A DNA stretch of 64,000 nt from a virus (Duplodnaviria; Caudoviricetes), in the IMG/VR virus record IMGVR_UViG_3300021400_001319, positions 13,098-77,097 of that record. One strand, written 5' to 3'. The position numbers and the translations under genes were made by a program. Under the pieces are notes generated by a model, which saw nothing but the letters and a program-made list of their open reading frames with translations, did no database searches and had not been told where the DNA came from. Below are positions 36,458 to 48,344 of this stretch, piece after piece (position 1 is the first letter of the stretch; every line of letters begins with the position of its first letter).

Positions 36458-39400
36458 ACCATCTGTCCGTCTTTATAAATCAGACGAGTTCTTTGTTGCT
36501 GAGCTCTTTGAAGTTCATATTGTGCTTTTTGAAGATCGATGTTTCTTTGACGCTCTTCACGTTCTTCTTGAAGTTTGTCGATTTCATCTTGTACCGCATC
36601 GATTTCGTCTTGCTTTGCATCTATAAGCGCATCGATAGCGTCTAATTGTGCATCATACGCTGCAAGAGCTGCATCTTTTTCATCGTTCAAAGCTTGAACA
36701 GCAGCATCCTTACCTTCTTGGGCAGCACTAATCCGCTTATCAAGAAGAGTACCAACAGCTGAGAAAACAGACTCATAGTAGGAGATGACTCTATTAAAGT
36801 AGTCAGCCATACGTTCGGCATACTCTTCACCATATCCGTCTACATCTTTAAAGTATTTTTCTATGAGAGCGCGATAACGATCCAAGAATTCTTTTTCGCT
36901 CAAAATCCCAGCATCACGTTGCTTTTCAAGTGCCTCTAATTCCTTTTCAAAAGCCTCGACATATGCATTGCCGGCATCACCACCAGATTTACTTGCTTCT
37001 TTTGCAGTAGGGTGTAAGTGTAAACCACTACGATACTTTTCGTCATTATGCCATTTCTGCTGTTGAGATTGCCAATCATCAGGCATGCCATAAGTTGAAG
37101 TGATGGTTTTTGTTTCTTTGTTTATTGCATAGCCACTTCCCTGATAAGTCAAATCAAGAAGTTCTTTCAGTAGTTCAATGTCAATGCCAAGCTTCTCTGC
37201 AAGAAGATCCAGCCATGACGTATCACCACCAAGAACAATATTTCCAGCTTGCGCCGCCTGCCTCAGATAATCCATCAGCATTTCATCAGCAAGGCCTAAT
37301 GCTTTACCTTCTTCGTAAATACGAGCTGCAGCATCAACAGCGCCATCAGCCATCTTGCCTTGTTCATCTTGAGCATCTTGCAAGGTGGAAACAAACGACT
37401 GCATTTTATCTTCAGCGGCTACAGAATCAACAAATGTATCCACACCCTCAGATTCAAAGCCATCCATCTTCATCTGAGACTTAACCATATCCATAGTCTC
37501 TTTGGTAGCACCTTGAATCTTTATCATGTTACGGGCATAGCTTGTAGCTATCTTATCGAAAGCATTTTGAACATCCGCGACAGATGCATTGTCGGTAGTG
37601 ACTTTGATTTCAAACTCTTCGAACTCTTCTTTGCCGACTACACTTTCCCATTTCTCACGAAGAGCTTCTACGTCAGAGATATCCAATGGAACTTTGACTG
37701 TATCACCTTCAACATTTTCTCTAAAGGAATTGTACAAAGACTGTAGAGACTCTAAATCATCATCAATTTCATTGAACTTTACAGCGCTGAACACTTCTTC
37801 TGTAGCTTTGGCAGCTTTCTCTGTTTCTTCACGATATAACCGCATGGTTTTAACAGCATCGCCACCTGCATCTACATAAGCCTTTAGCCACCTATTATAC
37901 TCCTCAGCAGTATCGATCTGTTCTTCATCAAAGAAGGTATAGACACCATAAGAATCAACCATATGTCCATCTACTGTGGTTAATTCCTTTTTGGTTTGCT
38001 CGACGCGATTTAGAAGTTCCTTGTCTTCATCAACAATATATTCGACGCCTATTCTTAAGCTTTCAGGAAGGTTCGCCTGTAACGAATTCCATAGCTCAAT
38101 TCTTTGTGTTGGTGTTAGATTTGGGTCGAAGATGTCATTAAACTTTAATCTATCTTCAGGAGACAACTCTTTTGCCTGCGCAACCCAAGTAGCAATCTCT
38201 GCTTGTAAACTTTTGCCATCAAGTTCTTTAGCAAATTCTTCGGGCAATGAGTTCGCATAATTCCTAAGCATTTCTGCCAGCTGATCATCATCAGAGGCTA
38301 GGAAATTGATACCACCTATGATATTAGGCAATATTCCCAACCATGCCGATTGAAGTTTTGCCTGTCCCTGCTTTAGTCCACGTTGCGCCTGCGTAACTCC
38401 CTTATTATAACCATTTACCACAGAATCAAAATATTCATCAAAATATTTCTCTATCGTCTGGCGCTCATCAGGAGAAAACTGACCGAAGTTAACGGCTATT
38501 GAGTACTGATTATCAGTAGAATTATCTACAAGGGAATCTCTTAGCCTGCTAGCTAAATCTTCGTTTTCCTTGGCTACCGCATCTATCATTTCTCCATACT
38601 TGCTTTCAAATGTATGGATAAAATCTATAGAATGAGAATCGAATTGCCCAGCTGTTAATACAAGCTGTTCATCTGTTCTAGCGGATATATTTCTCAGCTC
38701 CTCAAGTAGTGCATTGTAAGATTCAATATCCCTTTGGGCCTCTTCTATATCATTTGTGGCATCTTCTACTAGAACCTTGGTATTCTTTTCAGCTTCAGGG
38801 AGATCTTTATACAACTCATAATTATAATTATCTCGTTGCTGTTCAATCAGCCCTTGTAGCTTTTTCCTCGCCTGCTCGGCATTGTCTCCAAGGTCGAGGA
38901 TATAATTACCATATTCATCAACTCCATGAATTAACTGAGGGAACATTTCAGCAAGTTCTTGGTTAGTAGAAACAAACTCCTTATAATCATCATCTGACAA
39001 ACTGATATTCTTACCTGATATAGCATCAACACCTTTGGCCATTTCAAAATATGAATCAGAAAGCTCATTCACTTTCTTCTCATGACTTTTTATATCAGAA
39101 CTCATGTTGTCATATTTTGTTTGTAAATCATCCATGGCCTCGGTAGCTTCTTCCACTGAGATAGTGAATGCATCGTAGGCTGCCACGACACCTGCAATAG
39201 CACCTGCCGCCAATATACACCATCCAACTGGATTGGTTACAAGCCATGTTGCAAGCGCTTTTATATTTCCCCATAGAGCAGTAGTGAATGCCTCAACAGA
39301 AATTGTGGCAGTTCCATTAGCAGCGGTAAGTCCTGCTTTTGCCAAGATATCAGCCTTAGTAGCCTCATTAACCCCTGCCAAAGTTAGAATTTGAGCAGCT

Positions 39401-42400
39401 TGTGCGTAATTAAGGCCTTCTGTTGCAGTAGCAAGGGCACCAACGGCAGATGCAGCTTGGCTAGCTCCTCCAATAGAAGACAAGGTATTGAGTATTTCCT
39501 GAGTGGCTTTAAACGATGCCGACAGCTTTCCAAAATTCTTAACAAGAACAACTATACCGGCAATTGTGGCAGAGGATCCAAGAAGGCCAACATGTTCTAC
39601 TATATCATCAAGCACACCAATAATTGATGTGCCTAAGTCAACAGTATCTTTTGCTAACTGAGAATCCAAAAAATCTGTTTCTAGTTCTTGAAGAGTCGCT
39701 ATGAAACGATCAAGAGAGTATTGTATACTCTTTGCGTAATTTTCTTGCTCTTTTGCGGCACTTCCTGCAGATTCCTCTGCAGCCTTATATGCACCTTCCA
39801 GAGTATCAAGATTGCCAAGGACAGCATAAAGAGCGTTTGCATTTCGCTTGCCTGCAAGTGCTTCTCCAAGCGATGCACGTTCTATATCGGTGAGATTGTC
39901 CCATTCTTTTCCAATACCAAGAATGATTTCATAGATATCTTTAAAGTTATCCTTATCATCCATGATATCGAATCCGGTAAGGCTTTTTACCAAATCTCTA
40001 AGCTTGGACGTAGTAGTAGTAAATGCGTCCTCCTCCTCACCGAGCTCTTCAAGTTCTGTTTTAGCACCTCGAATCCTGGCACTCAATGTTTTCCAAAGAG
40101 TACCTACAGCCTCGGGATTTTGGACAACCTCATTTGTAGCTGTAACTAGTGCAATTGACTTTGAAAGATCAGTATTAGCAGAATTAAAGGAAGCGGCAGA
40201 TCTCTGTAAAGCTTCGCCTATTCCACGGGTGTCGATTGCGAAGTTGTTTGCTACCTCATTATACTTGTCAATTACGCTTTCAGCTTGATCGCTCGCCAAC
40301 TGAAAACCTTGAAGAGTAGATATAAGATAGCTACTGGCATCGTCAGCTGACATGTTATCACCAACAGTTGTAAACAAAGTAGTAACTCTAGCCAACTTTT
40401 CAGCAGCATCAACATCATAACCAAGTCTAGCCCAATCTGCGGTAACATTAATTACATGGCTTATACTTGAGCCAAGTTCCTTTGCTGTCGCAGCAGATGT
40501 TTCAAAGTTCTGTGCTAATCTTTCAGTTGAAGCGTCAGACACCTTACGTAATTCTGTAAGAGCGGAATCAACTTCTGTTACAGTAGTTACTATAGCCCGT
40601 AAATAACGGAACATATCTTGCAAACTGAAATAAGTAGCGAAAAATTGAGCATTTGCTGATTTCAACTGCTTAACAAAAGAATTAAAGAAACTACTTCCTG
40701 TTTGATGAAGTCTCCTTACGTCCGCTTCAATCTCCGCAACATTTCCCTTGAATTTTTCAAAATCAACCTGAGATAGTTCTTCGCCACTATTGATTATCTT
40801 ACGAAGTTCAACATGTATTGCATTGAGAACTTCTTTGGATTTTTTCCCCGCAGCGGTGTTATTATCTAAAAATAATTGTATTTCATTATCTAAAGACTTG
40901 ATATCATTTATATCTGCAGGGATAACATCGCCTTTTACTGAGCGATTATTGATATCATTTAATTGCGATTCAAAATCACTTAGCGTAGTAAGAAAATCTA
41001 CGACTTGTTGCCTAACTACGTCAATATTTGAATTCTTAAAATCTATCTTAGCTCCAGATAACACAACGAGGGCTTTGCGTAAATCTTCGACCTCTGTTGC
41101 AAAACCAGACATAAATGTTTTAGAAGACAGACTTTCTGTTGAATCAATAAAACTTTTTAATCGTTTCTGAGCAGCAGCAATAACAGCTTCCCAATCTTTT
41201 TCCTGGTTCCTTAAACGCTCTGCATCGAAAGCATCAGCATGATAGTCTTCTGGTAGGAATTCATCAGAGCCAACCCAGCCATTGTTCCTAATTTCCAAAA
41301 GAATCCTATTATATTCCTCAAGAGCATCAATTCTGTTTTGCCAAGCGGACAAGTCAGCACCAGTTTTAGCATTAAGGAGCATGTCCTTCGTTAATTGAGT
41401 AATGGCTTTATCATTATTATGAATCTGTTTTTCTAGTGCTTCGTAATTTTCTTTTGTACTTTCAAAAGAGTAATAATTACCATCCTTATCGTAACCGCTC
41501 GTGGTTGTTCGGGTTCTAAAACGATCAATAAAACGCGTATTGGCATCATAATAATCGGTAGCAGTAACAGAGCCGTTAGCATTGTGAATCTCGTTTTTGT
41601 ATACCTTATCTTCAGCCGCTGCTAACTTTTCTAAAGCTTTTCTGCGCTCATCTTCGGCCTGCGATGCTCTTCGAGTTATACTTACTCCATCTTCTTCAGC
41701 CTTTGATTCTTCTTTAGTTGCCTCGGTACTTTTCTTAGTGGCATCCGTTTTATTTTTCTTTGCATCTGTCTCTGCATCAATTTGTAAAGATGTCTGTTTA
41801 ATAGCTGAATCAGCTTGCTTCTTAGACTCAACATCACTATTGGCCTTTTTGCTCTTTGTGTTTTCATCAATTTTTCGAGTCTGCTTTTCGTACTCGGCAG
41901 TTAAGTCGGCCACCACAGTTTTTGATTTCGATAGATCCTCAATAGGCCTCGTGCCGCCAGCTTGTTCGTATTTCCTGTATTGGTCAGTAATAGTCCTAAT
42001 AACCCCTGGATAATGTTCGGCGTTTGCCCTAGGTTTAGCATATTTGGATGCTAAGGTCTTTATCTCATCAAACTTTTTATCAAGCGATACTTCTGCATTT
42101 TCTTTAGCAGCTTGCGTATTTTTCTTAATCTCTGCAGTATTCTTTGCAACCTCAGATGTATGCTGTGCCGCCTGTTTTGCTTTCTTTTGAGCTACCTTAT
42201 CCGTATCAGCTTTCTTGTTTTCTGAAGCTTGTTCTTTAATCGTAGCAGCAGTTTTCTCTATTGCCTTTTGCTTTTTTTTCTCATTGGCAACTGTTTTTTC
42301 AGATTCTGTTTGAGAAGTCGCTGATAATATAAGCAGGCGGTCTTCTAAATCGTTATACAGCACGCCAAACTTTGTGCCAAAAGATTTGAAGTTATCAAAG

Positions 42401-45400
42401 AACATTCCCCAAGATTGCTGAGCCGCTGCAGGAGAATCATTAATCTCTTGCCATATTTCATTATTAGCCGCAAGTACTTCTTTCTGAATCTTTTTTAAAT
42501 CAGAGGCATCAGTGCTATTGCTTAATGCATCTTTTGCTTTTACAAACAGATCTGAATAACTACCAAGCCTTCCAGTAATAGCCTCTTGAACCGCATCTGT
42601 TTGTTGTTTTTGTGCAGACGTCTGTTCTTTAATCTTAGCTGTTAATTTCTCTGTGCTCTTTGCAGCCTCTTTCTGAGAAACAGAAACATCTGATATTGTT
42701 TTACTGGCCTTTTGAGATTTTGAAACAAGGTCATCCAACGATGCTGAGGCCTCTTGAGTCATCTTAACAGAGGCTTTTTCTTCAGACGGATTCAGAATAT
42801 TATTTATATTAGACAGCAGCTCTTTTTTTATAGCCGAACCATTAAGCTTTTTGAATTTGCTAAACTTAGTTTTACTAGCCAAATTCTGGATATACTTAAG
42901 AATTTCTTGATCCCCAGTATCCCGATATTTATCTAAAGCATTTGCAATCAGGGAAACATTCTTGTCGTGCTTACCAAGAGAGTATAGATTTTTTAGAGAA
43001 GAGTCACTAAGAAGAGAGGTTCCCTTATTGTTAATTATCTTAGGTACACCATTGAAAAGTGTAATTCCTGCGCGTCTAAGATTAACAATAGCCTCATTCA
43101 TAGTCTTGATAGCGTCTTTTAGTGCGAGTTCACTTTCATTTAACTCTGCAGATTTACTCTTAGGAGAGTAGTAGTACTCATCCATCCCCATTTTCTTATG
43201 GACGCTTCCAGTCACTCCTTCGGCCTTAGACAAATCCAACATGGATTCCTTGGCAAGTTGAAGCGCTACTAATAGTTTAGTGACTTCTTCATTTGTTGCT
43301 TTTATTTCTTGTTGGGCTTCACTGCCCATAGCCTCAGAAGCTTGTTCAACCTCTTTAAAGCCTTTTGCAGCAGTATCGGTAGGCAACTTACTTAACAGAT
43401 TAGTAAGACTTGTGCGCATAGTATCGGCATTGCCTATTATTCTGTCATAGTAGGCTTGATACTTCGCTAAAGTTTCTTTTGTACCACCATTCTTTTTATA
43501 GATGTCAAAGAGCTGTATAAACTTTAAATAATGTTTGTAAGCATTTTCCCAATTGGTGTCTTCAAACTTATTATTATTAATCCATTCAGCTTCTGTTTGT
43601 AGACTTCTACGAGCATTATCTCTTACAGTATGACCTTTCTTAGTAGTTCCTTTTACAGTTATGCCATCTAAGACTTCTCTTATAGAAGAGACATTATAAG
43701 CCCCCGACTTAGATGTAAGACGACCAATTGCAGCAGTCATTGCATCTAGCTTTTGTGTCACCTTTTCAACTTTGGTTGAGGTTTGTTCTAGTTCTTCTTG
43801 AGTCTCATCCATGGTGGACTGAAGTGTTTTCTCTTCATTGCTTGCCTGTTTTAACGTAGTGGCATGCTGCAATAAAGTCTTTGCTATACCTTCTTTACTA
43901 TCGCCTGCCTTGCGACCTGCTTGATAAATAGAGTAAGCGTCAAACCCCAATAGTTCATTAAGCTTTTTTGAACTGACACGTGTACCAGAGAGAAGAGCTG
44001 TTAGACGTTCCTCTATATTATCTATTGAAGATTCTACTGTCCCGGCAACATCTTTAACTGCGCTCTTGATTTCATCAATTGCCGGAGTGACATTAGATAT
44101 CAAAGAATTATCAGCCGTATTAGCCATGCCCTCAGACAATCCCTGAAGTGCTTCTTTAGCAGCCTTTTTTGACGTTTCTTTGATTTCTGAGGTCTTTTCT
44201 TTTATTCCCTCTACATAGCCTGAACCAAAGTCATTTCCTAATTTTCTGGTTTTCTTTGCCGCAGAGTGTGAATCCTGTGTGGCTTGCACAGCGGCAAGAG
44301 CTGCCTCAACCATTTTTGTGGCAGCTGCTTCTACATTAGGAATTTGATCTTGAATACCTTTTACATATCCTTGTCCAAAATCTACACCTGCCTCGTACCA
44401 ATCTTTAGCAGCATTGATTTCCTTGACATTTCGGCTGAGCCACCCCTGAACATTTTCTGTTCCGCCAAGATCTTTAAAGCTTTTTGAACCACCTAGTTTC
44501 TGATACTGCTCGAACTGGGCCAACACGCTTTTGATTTCTTTCAGGTTATTCCCACGAAGCGCACCTGATATACTCTGAACCCGCTGTTGGATTCCAGCAA
44601 ACATATTATCAAGATCATTGCTATTAAGAACCTTGTAGGCTGTTTGAATAGATGCAAGAAAATCAGATAAAGTATTTACCAAAGTTTTTACTTCTGAAAT
44701 GTTCTCTTGTAGACTAAGTGTTTTTAAAATTTCCCTAATGTCTACAAGTACCTGCCATACATAAGTCGTCTGGAGCTTTGTTTCCTCAGCTTTAGACATG
44801 ATCATGTCAATGACACTTACTATGGTTTTTACCTCATCGAAGCCCTTTTGATTCTTACCAAACAAGTTAATAGTCTTAACATCTAGAACCAGTTCTTTTG
44901 AAAGACGATTTAGCTCCCGCTGAAGTTTCTTTGTGACTTTTTCATCCATAACAACTGACGGATGAATTTCCATAGGTTTCTCAACCGTTGTACGTATTTT
45001 CTTTATAGTGTTGTTAATATTGGTTTCGGTTTCAGACAAGGCATTTGCTTTGATCTTTATATTGAGTTCCTTATCGCCACTGAAATCTTTTGCGATATTA
45101 TCAAATAGCTCCTGCAAGCCACTTTTATTTACCTGTTCTGGCAGAGAGTCTATTTCACTCTGTATCTGGGAAAGGAGCTTATTGGTTTTCTTTGATGAAT
45201 AACCTGACTGAAGAACAAACTGCAACTTCAGAGGATAGTCATTAAGATGAGGCTGGGTTTTATCAACTATTTCTTTGGCTCGCTGAACAAGCGTGTTTAC
45301 ACCAGTAGAAATATCAAGAGGAACAGTTAACCTTTTTGTTTCACTGGTTCCATTGGCCTTCTTTTCTATCTCAGCAGATATAGTATCTGTTATTCCAACA

Positions 45401-46269
45401 CTTTCTCTTTTTATTTCATTTAGTCTGTCCTGAATACGGTCAGAGAGTTTATCTAACGTTTCCTCTATTCTACCGGTGACTTCCTGAAGTTTCATTCCAG
45501 AAAAGTCTAATTCAAAGACATCATCGTACTTCTCCCTGTTTGCGCTGTCTTGTAATTCTCTAATTTTCTTAGCAGTCTTTACTAATTCAAGCGCAAATTT
45601 ATTGTATTCCTTCACAGGAAGATCAGGTGACTTTAAGACTTCTTCAAGTCTTAAATATTCGTTTATCAGATCGTCAAAAGATTGAGCAAGCTTTTTTGTA
45701 GAACCCTCATAGTTGTCATTCTCAAAGTTAAACTGGTTGATGTCTTCAATGACTTTAGCTATTTCAGTCAACTTCTTAGCTTCTTTTTCTAAAGAAGATG
45801 CATCTATCCCAGTATGCGTTCTTACGTTTGGTGTCTTATTGAATGTAGAATACAAATGATCTATTGCACCGACAGCTTCTTTTGCATTTTGCGTAGTCGT
45901 AGCCATTGAACGCGAGAATGAATCCAAGTCTTTTTTAAAAGCATCCCCTACGTGTTTTGACATAGTGCCAACTAAAGCGGCCATTTCTTGTTCTAGCGCA
46001 GTTGTTCTTTGATCAATACTATCAATCTGCTTAATCAATCCTTTTGACAAGTCTTCAAATGTTTTACGATTAAGCTTGTTTGTGTTGATTGAATTAAATT
46101 GTGCTTGTAGTTCTTTTATTGCTTGTTGAATAGAAGCGACCTGGTCAGCCATTCCCTTTGTCATTTTATTGCCAGCTCTATTGGACAAGCTGTCTAACTG
46201 TCGCTCTAAATCTTTTATTTGATCACTGATGTCTATCCTTATACCGACATCAACAATAGGCTTTGACAT
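36458..46269 (-). CDS. tape measure protein, exon 1 (spliced product 4012 aa)
   Basis: Long helical/coiled-coil protein with a TP901-type TMP domain (VDSALTELRKVSD...WARLGY...ALQRSAA...GTLWKTLSARIRG); exon ends ...KDGQM-GT. Confidence 0.92.
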
Positions 46270-46286
46270 AACCAGTCACCTCCATA

Positions 46287-46799
46287 TTATATTTTTACTT
46301 TCGCTTGAGCTTTTAAAATATAGTCTTGCAAATTATCAACTATTTCATCTCGCCGTTTTTCTATAATTTCCATGGGAGAGGGGCTCATTATATGAGGGAT
46401 AATTCTCGGTTCAAATCCTTGTGGATAAATCTGTGTGCCTGCGACACCATGGAATCCAGCATAAACTGTATCAAATACTTGTTCAGTAACTTGTGCTGAA
46501 CTATACCCCTTACTAGACTGATAAATATCATCCATCAACTGCGGAGTGAACTCAACACCGCCTCTATACACATTTCCGTGAGCATTGGAATAATATTTCC
46601 TAAAACTCTTTTCCAAAAAGTTATAGTAATGTCTTTGGTAACTCTTAGGAGAATAATCCTCATAAAAATGGACTATGGCGTTAAAAGCGGTTTCTGTAAG
46701 TTCATCCCTTATACTAGCCGCTGTAATGCGACCAACTTCTTTTGAATACTTCTCCAGATATTCCTTCAAAGCTGATGTATCTACACTGTTTTTTGCCAT
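46287..46799 (-). CDS. tail component / neck protein (HK97 gp10-like, tentative)
   Basis: FYEDYSPKSYQRHY motif; position upstream of TMP. Confidence 0.55.
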   Translation of the reverse strand: MAKNSVDTSALKEYLEKYSKEVGRITAASIRDELTETAFNAIVHFYEDYSPKSYQRHYYNFLEKSFRKYYSNAHGNVYRGGVEFTPQLMDDIYQSSKGYSSAQVTEQVFDTVYAGFHGVAGTQIYPQGFEPRIIPHIMSPSPMEIIEKRRDEIVDNLQDYILKAQAKVKI

Positions 46800-46822
46800 A
46801 TCATCATTACCTCACGCACTGA

Positions 46823-47293
46823 TCAACCTGTTACCCGTGGCAATTTCTGAATTGCATTTTGAAGTTTGTCTAGTATAAAGTTGATATTTTCAGACTTTAA
46901 AGACAAATGATTCACAAGGTTATTATGATTATCGATAATATCGTTTATAACCATATCTAAAATAGTATTAAATGTTTTTGCATCCCTGCCAATTGCCTTT
47001 GCGAGGATGTCAGAAACCCCATATCTTTCAATAAGATTGAAATCTGCAAGATTATTTTCTGGAATAAGTTCAATATCCGTATATTCTCTAACAAGTGATA
47101 AGATAAAGTTTTCATAAACCAATGGCGTATTTTTAATTAAATCGCCATTGTCAAGAATCATCTTTTTTGCAATAAGATTACTGATTGCTATTTTTCTTTC
47201 AAAGCTTATATAATCAGTTGTCATATGCTTCTTCACATAAGTCTCTTTATTCTGCGACTTATTAAATTCTTCTATAAATTGTTCTATCTTCAT
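46823..47293 (-). CDS. tail assembly-associated hypothetical protein
   Basis: MKIEQFIEE start; operon context. Confidence 0.6.
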   Translation of the reverse strand: MKIEQFIEEFNKSQNKETYVKKHMTTDYISFERKIAISNLIAKKMILDNGDLIKNTPLVYENFILSLVREYTDIELIPENNLADFNLIERYGVSDILAKAIGRDAKTFNTILDMVINDIIDNHNNLVNHLSLKSENINFILDKLQNAIQKLPRVTG

Positions 47294-47324
47294 AACTTTT
47301 CCTTTCATTCCTTTATGTTATAAT

Positions 47325-47552
47325 TTACTCAAAGTCTCTCGCATCCATATACCTTTCAACTGTGTAAACTGGTTCAGCGCAATCACTAGTTATTGTTATG
47401 CTAAAAGACTTGAGGTTGGTGATTTTTTCTCCGTCCAAATAGACATCAATGATATTGTCAGCACAAATGTCATTTGCGCGGTCGGAGTTTATATCATCTA
47501 CAGCCTTGTTTAATTCTTCTGAACTTTTTCGTTTTATAAGTATTTCTTTCAT
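47325..47552 (-). CDS. small hypothetical protein
   Basis: 75 aa; SD aaagga. Confidence 0.55.
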   Translation of the reverse strand: MKEILIKRKSSEELNKAVDDINSDRANDICADNIIDVYLDGEKITNLKSFSITITSDCAEPVYTVERYMDARDFE

Positions 47553-47576
47553 ATTTTCCTTTCTATGGGGGTGTAA

Positions 47577-48032
47577 ATGAAAATCAACTATGACGCAATC
47601 AGAGATACATTGTTATATCTAGAGGAAAACTTGACAATACGTCAATCTAAATCCATCCGTTATGCTCATACTGAAATTAAAATAGAAAAAATAATCAATG
47701 ATCTTTCAAATAAGTATGAGAAGATAGATATATTCTATTCCATTGAAAAACTTAACGAGGTTGGATATATCGCAACAAGGTTCAGCAGAAATGCGACAGA
47801 TGACATTTTCACTGGAATAGTTACAGATATAACTTGGGATGGTTATGATTTCTTAGAAAATATCCGGCAAGATACTATATGGGAGGCAACCAAAAAGGGT
47901 GCTAAGAAAATAGGTTCGCAGTCTATCAGTACCCTTTCTTTAATAGCTAAACAGATTATTACATCAATTGTCACTAATCCTAGCGTCATAAACAAGCTTC
48001 TTGATGAAATGCACTCTTTTACAGCTAAATAA
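47577..48032 (+). CDS. DUF2513-like protein (moron, opposite strand)
   Basis: MKINYDAIRDTLLYLEE...ITWDGYDFLENIRQDTIWEATK. Confidence 0.75.
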   Translation: MKINYDAIRDTLLYLEENLTIRQSKSIRYAHTEIKIEKIINDLSNKYEKIDIFYSIEKLNEVGYIATRFSRNATDDIFTGIVTDITWDGYDFLENIRQDTIWEATKKGAKKIGSQSISTLSLIAKQIITSIVTNPSVINKLLDEMHSFTAK

Positions 48033-48086
48033 TGTTGATATGCATGTGCGGCCTGTATAGTCTTTAATCCAAAAGGAGACGCATAA

Positions 48087-48254
48087 ATGGCTGAGTTAGT
48101 GAATGCGTTAATTCCTTGTATACCACCGGCCATTATTGTTGGAGGATTATTATTCCTCACATATAAAGTCAGAGAAAGAGTCTTATATATCAAAATCACT
48201 CTAGACGGTTTTGAGATAAAATTCGACAAGGGCAGGACAGACAACGCACAATAG
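48087..48254 (+). CDS. small membrane protein (55 aa), not in the ORF track
   Basis: SD aaggag; MAELVNALIPCIPPAIIVGGLLFLTYKVRERVLYIKITLDGFEIKFDKGRTDNAQ*; flanked by a 15-bp imperfect inverted repeat. Confidence 0.6.
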   Translation: MAELVNALIPCIPPAIIVGGLLFLTYKVRERVLYIKITLDGFEIKFDKGRTDNAQ

Positions 48255-48344
48255 TCTGTCGATGAATAAAAGGAGACCGTACATGCATGTATGGGAGGGT
48301 TCGCCCTCAAGGAAAAGGAATATGTTTAAGCATATTCCTTTTCC

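Noticed and set aside
37110-45202. Many + strand ORFs of 60-153 aa opposite the TMP (and similar ones opposite other late genes)
   Set aside because: Antisense shadows of codon-biased genes; no SD or promoter support.
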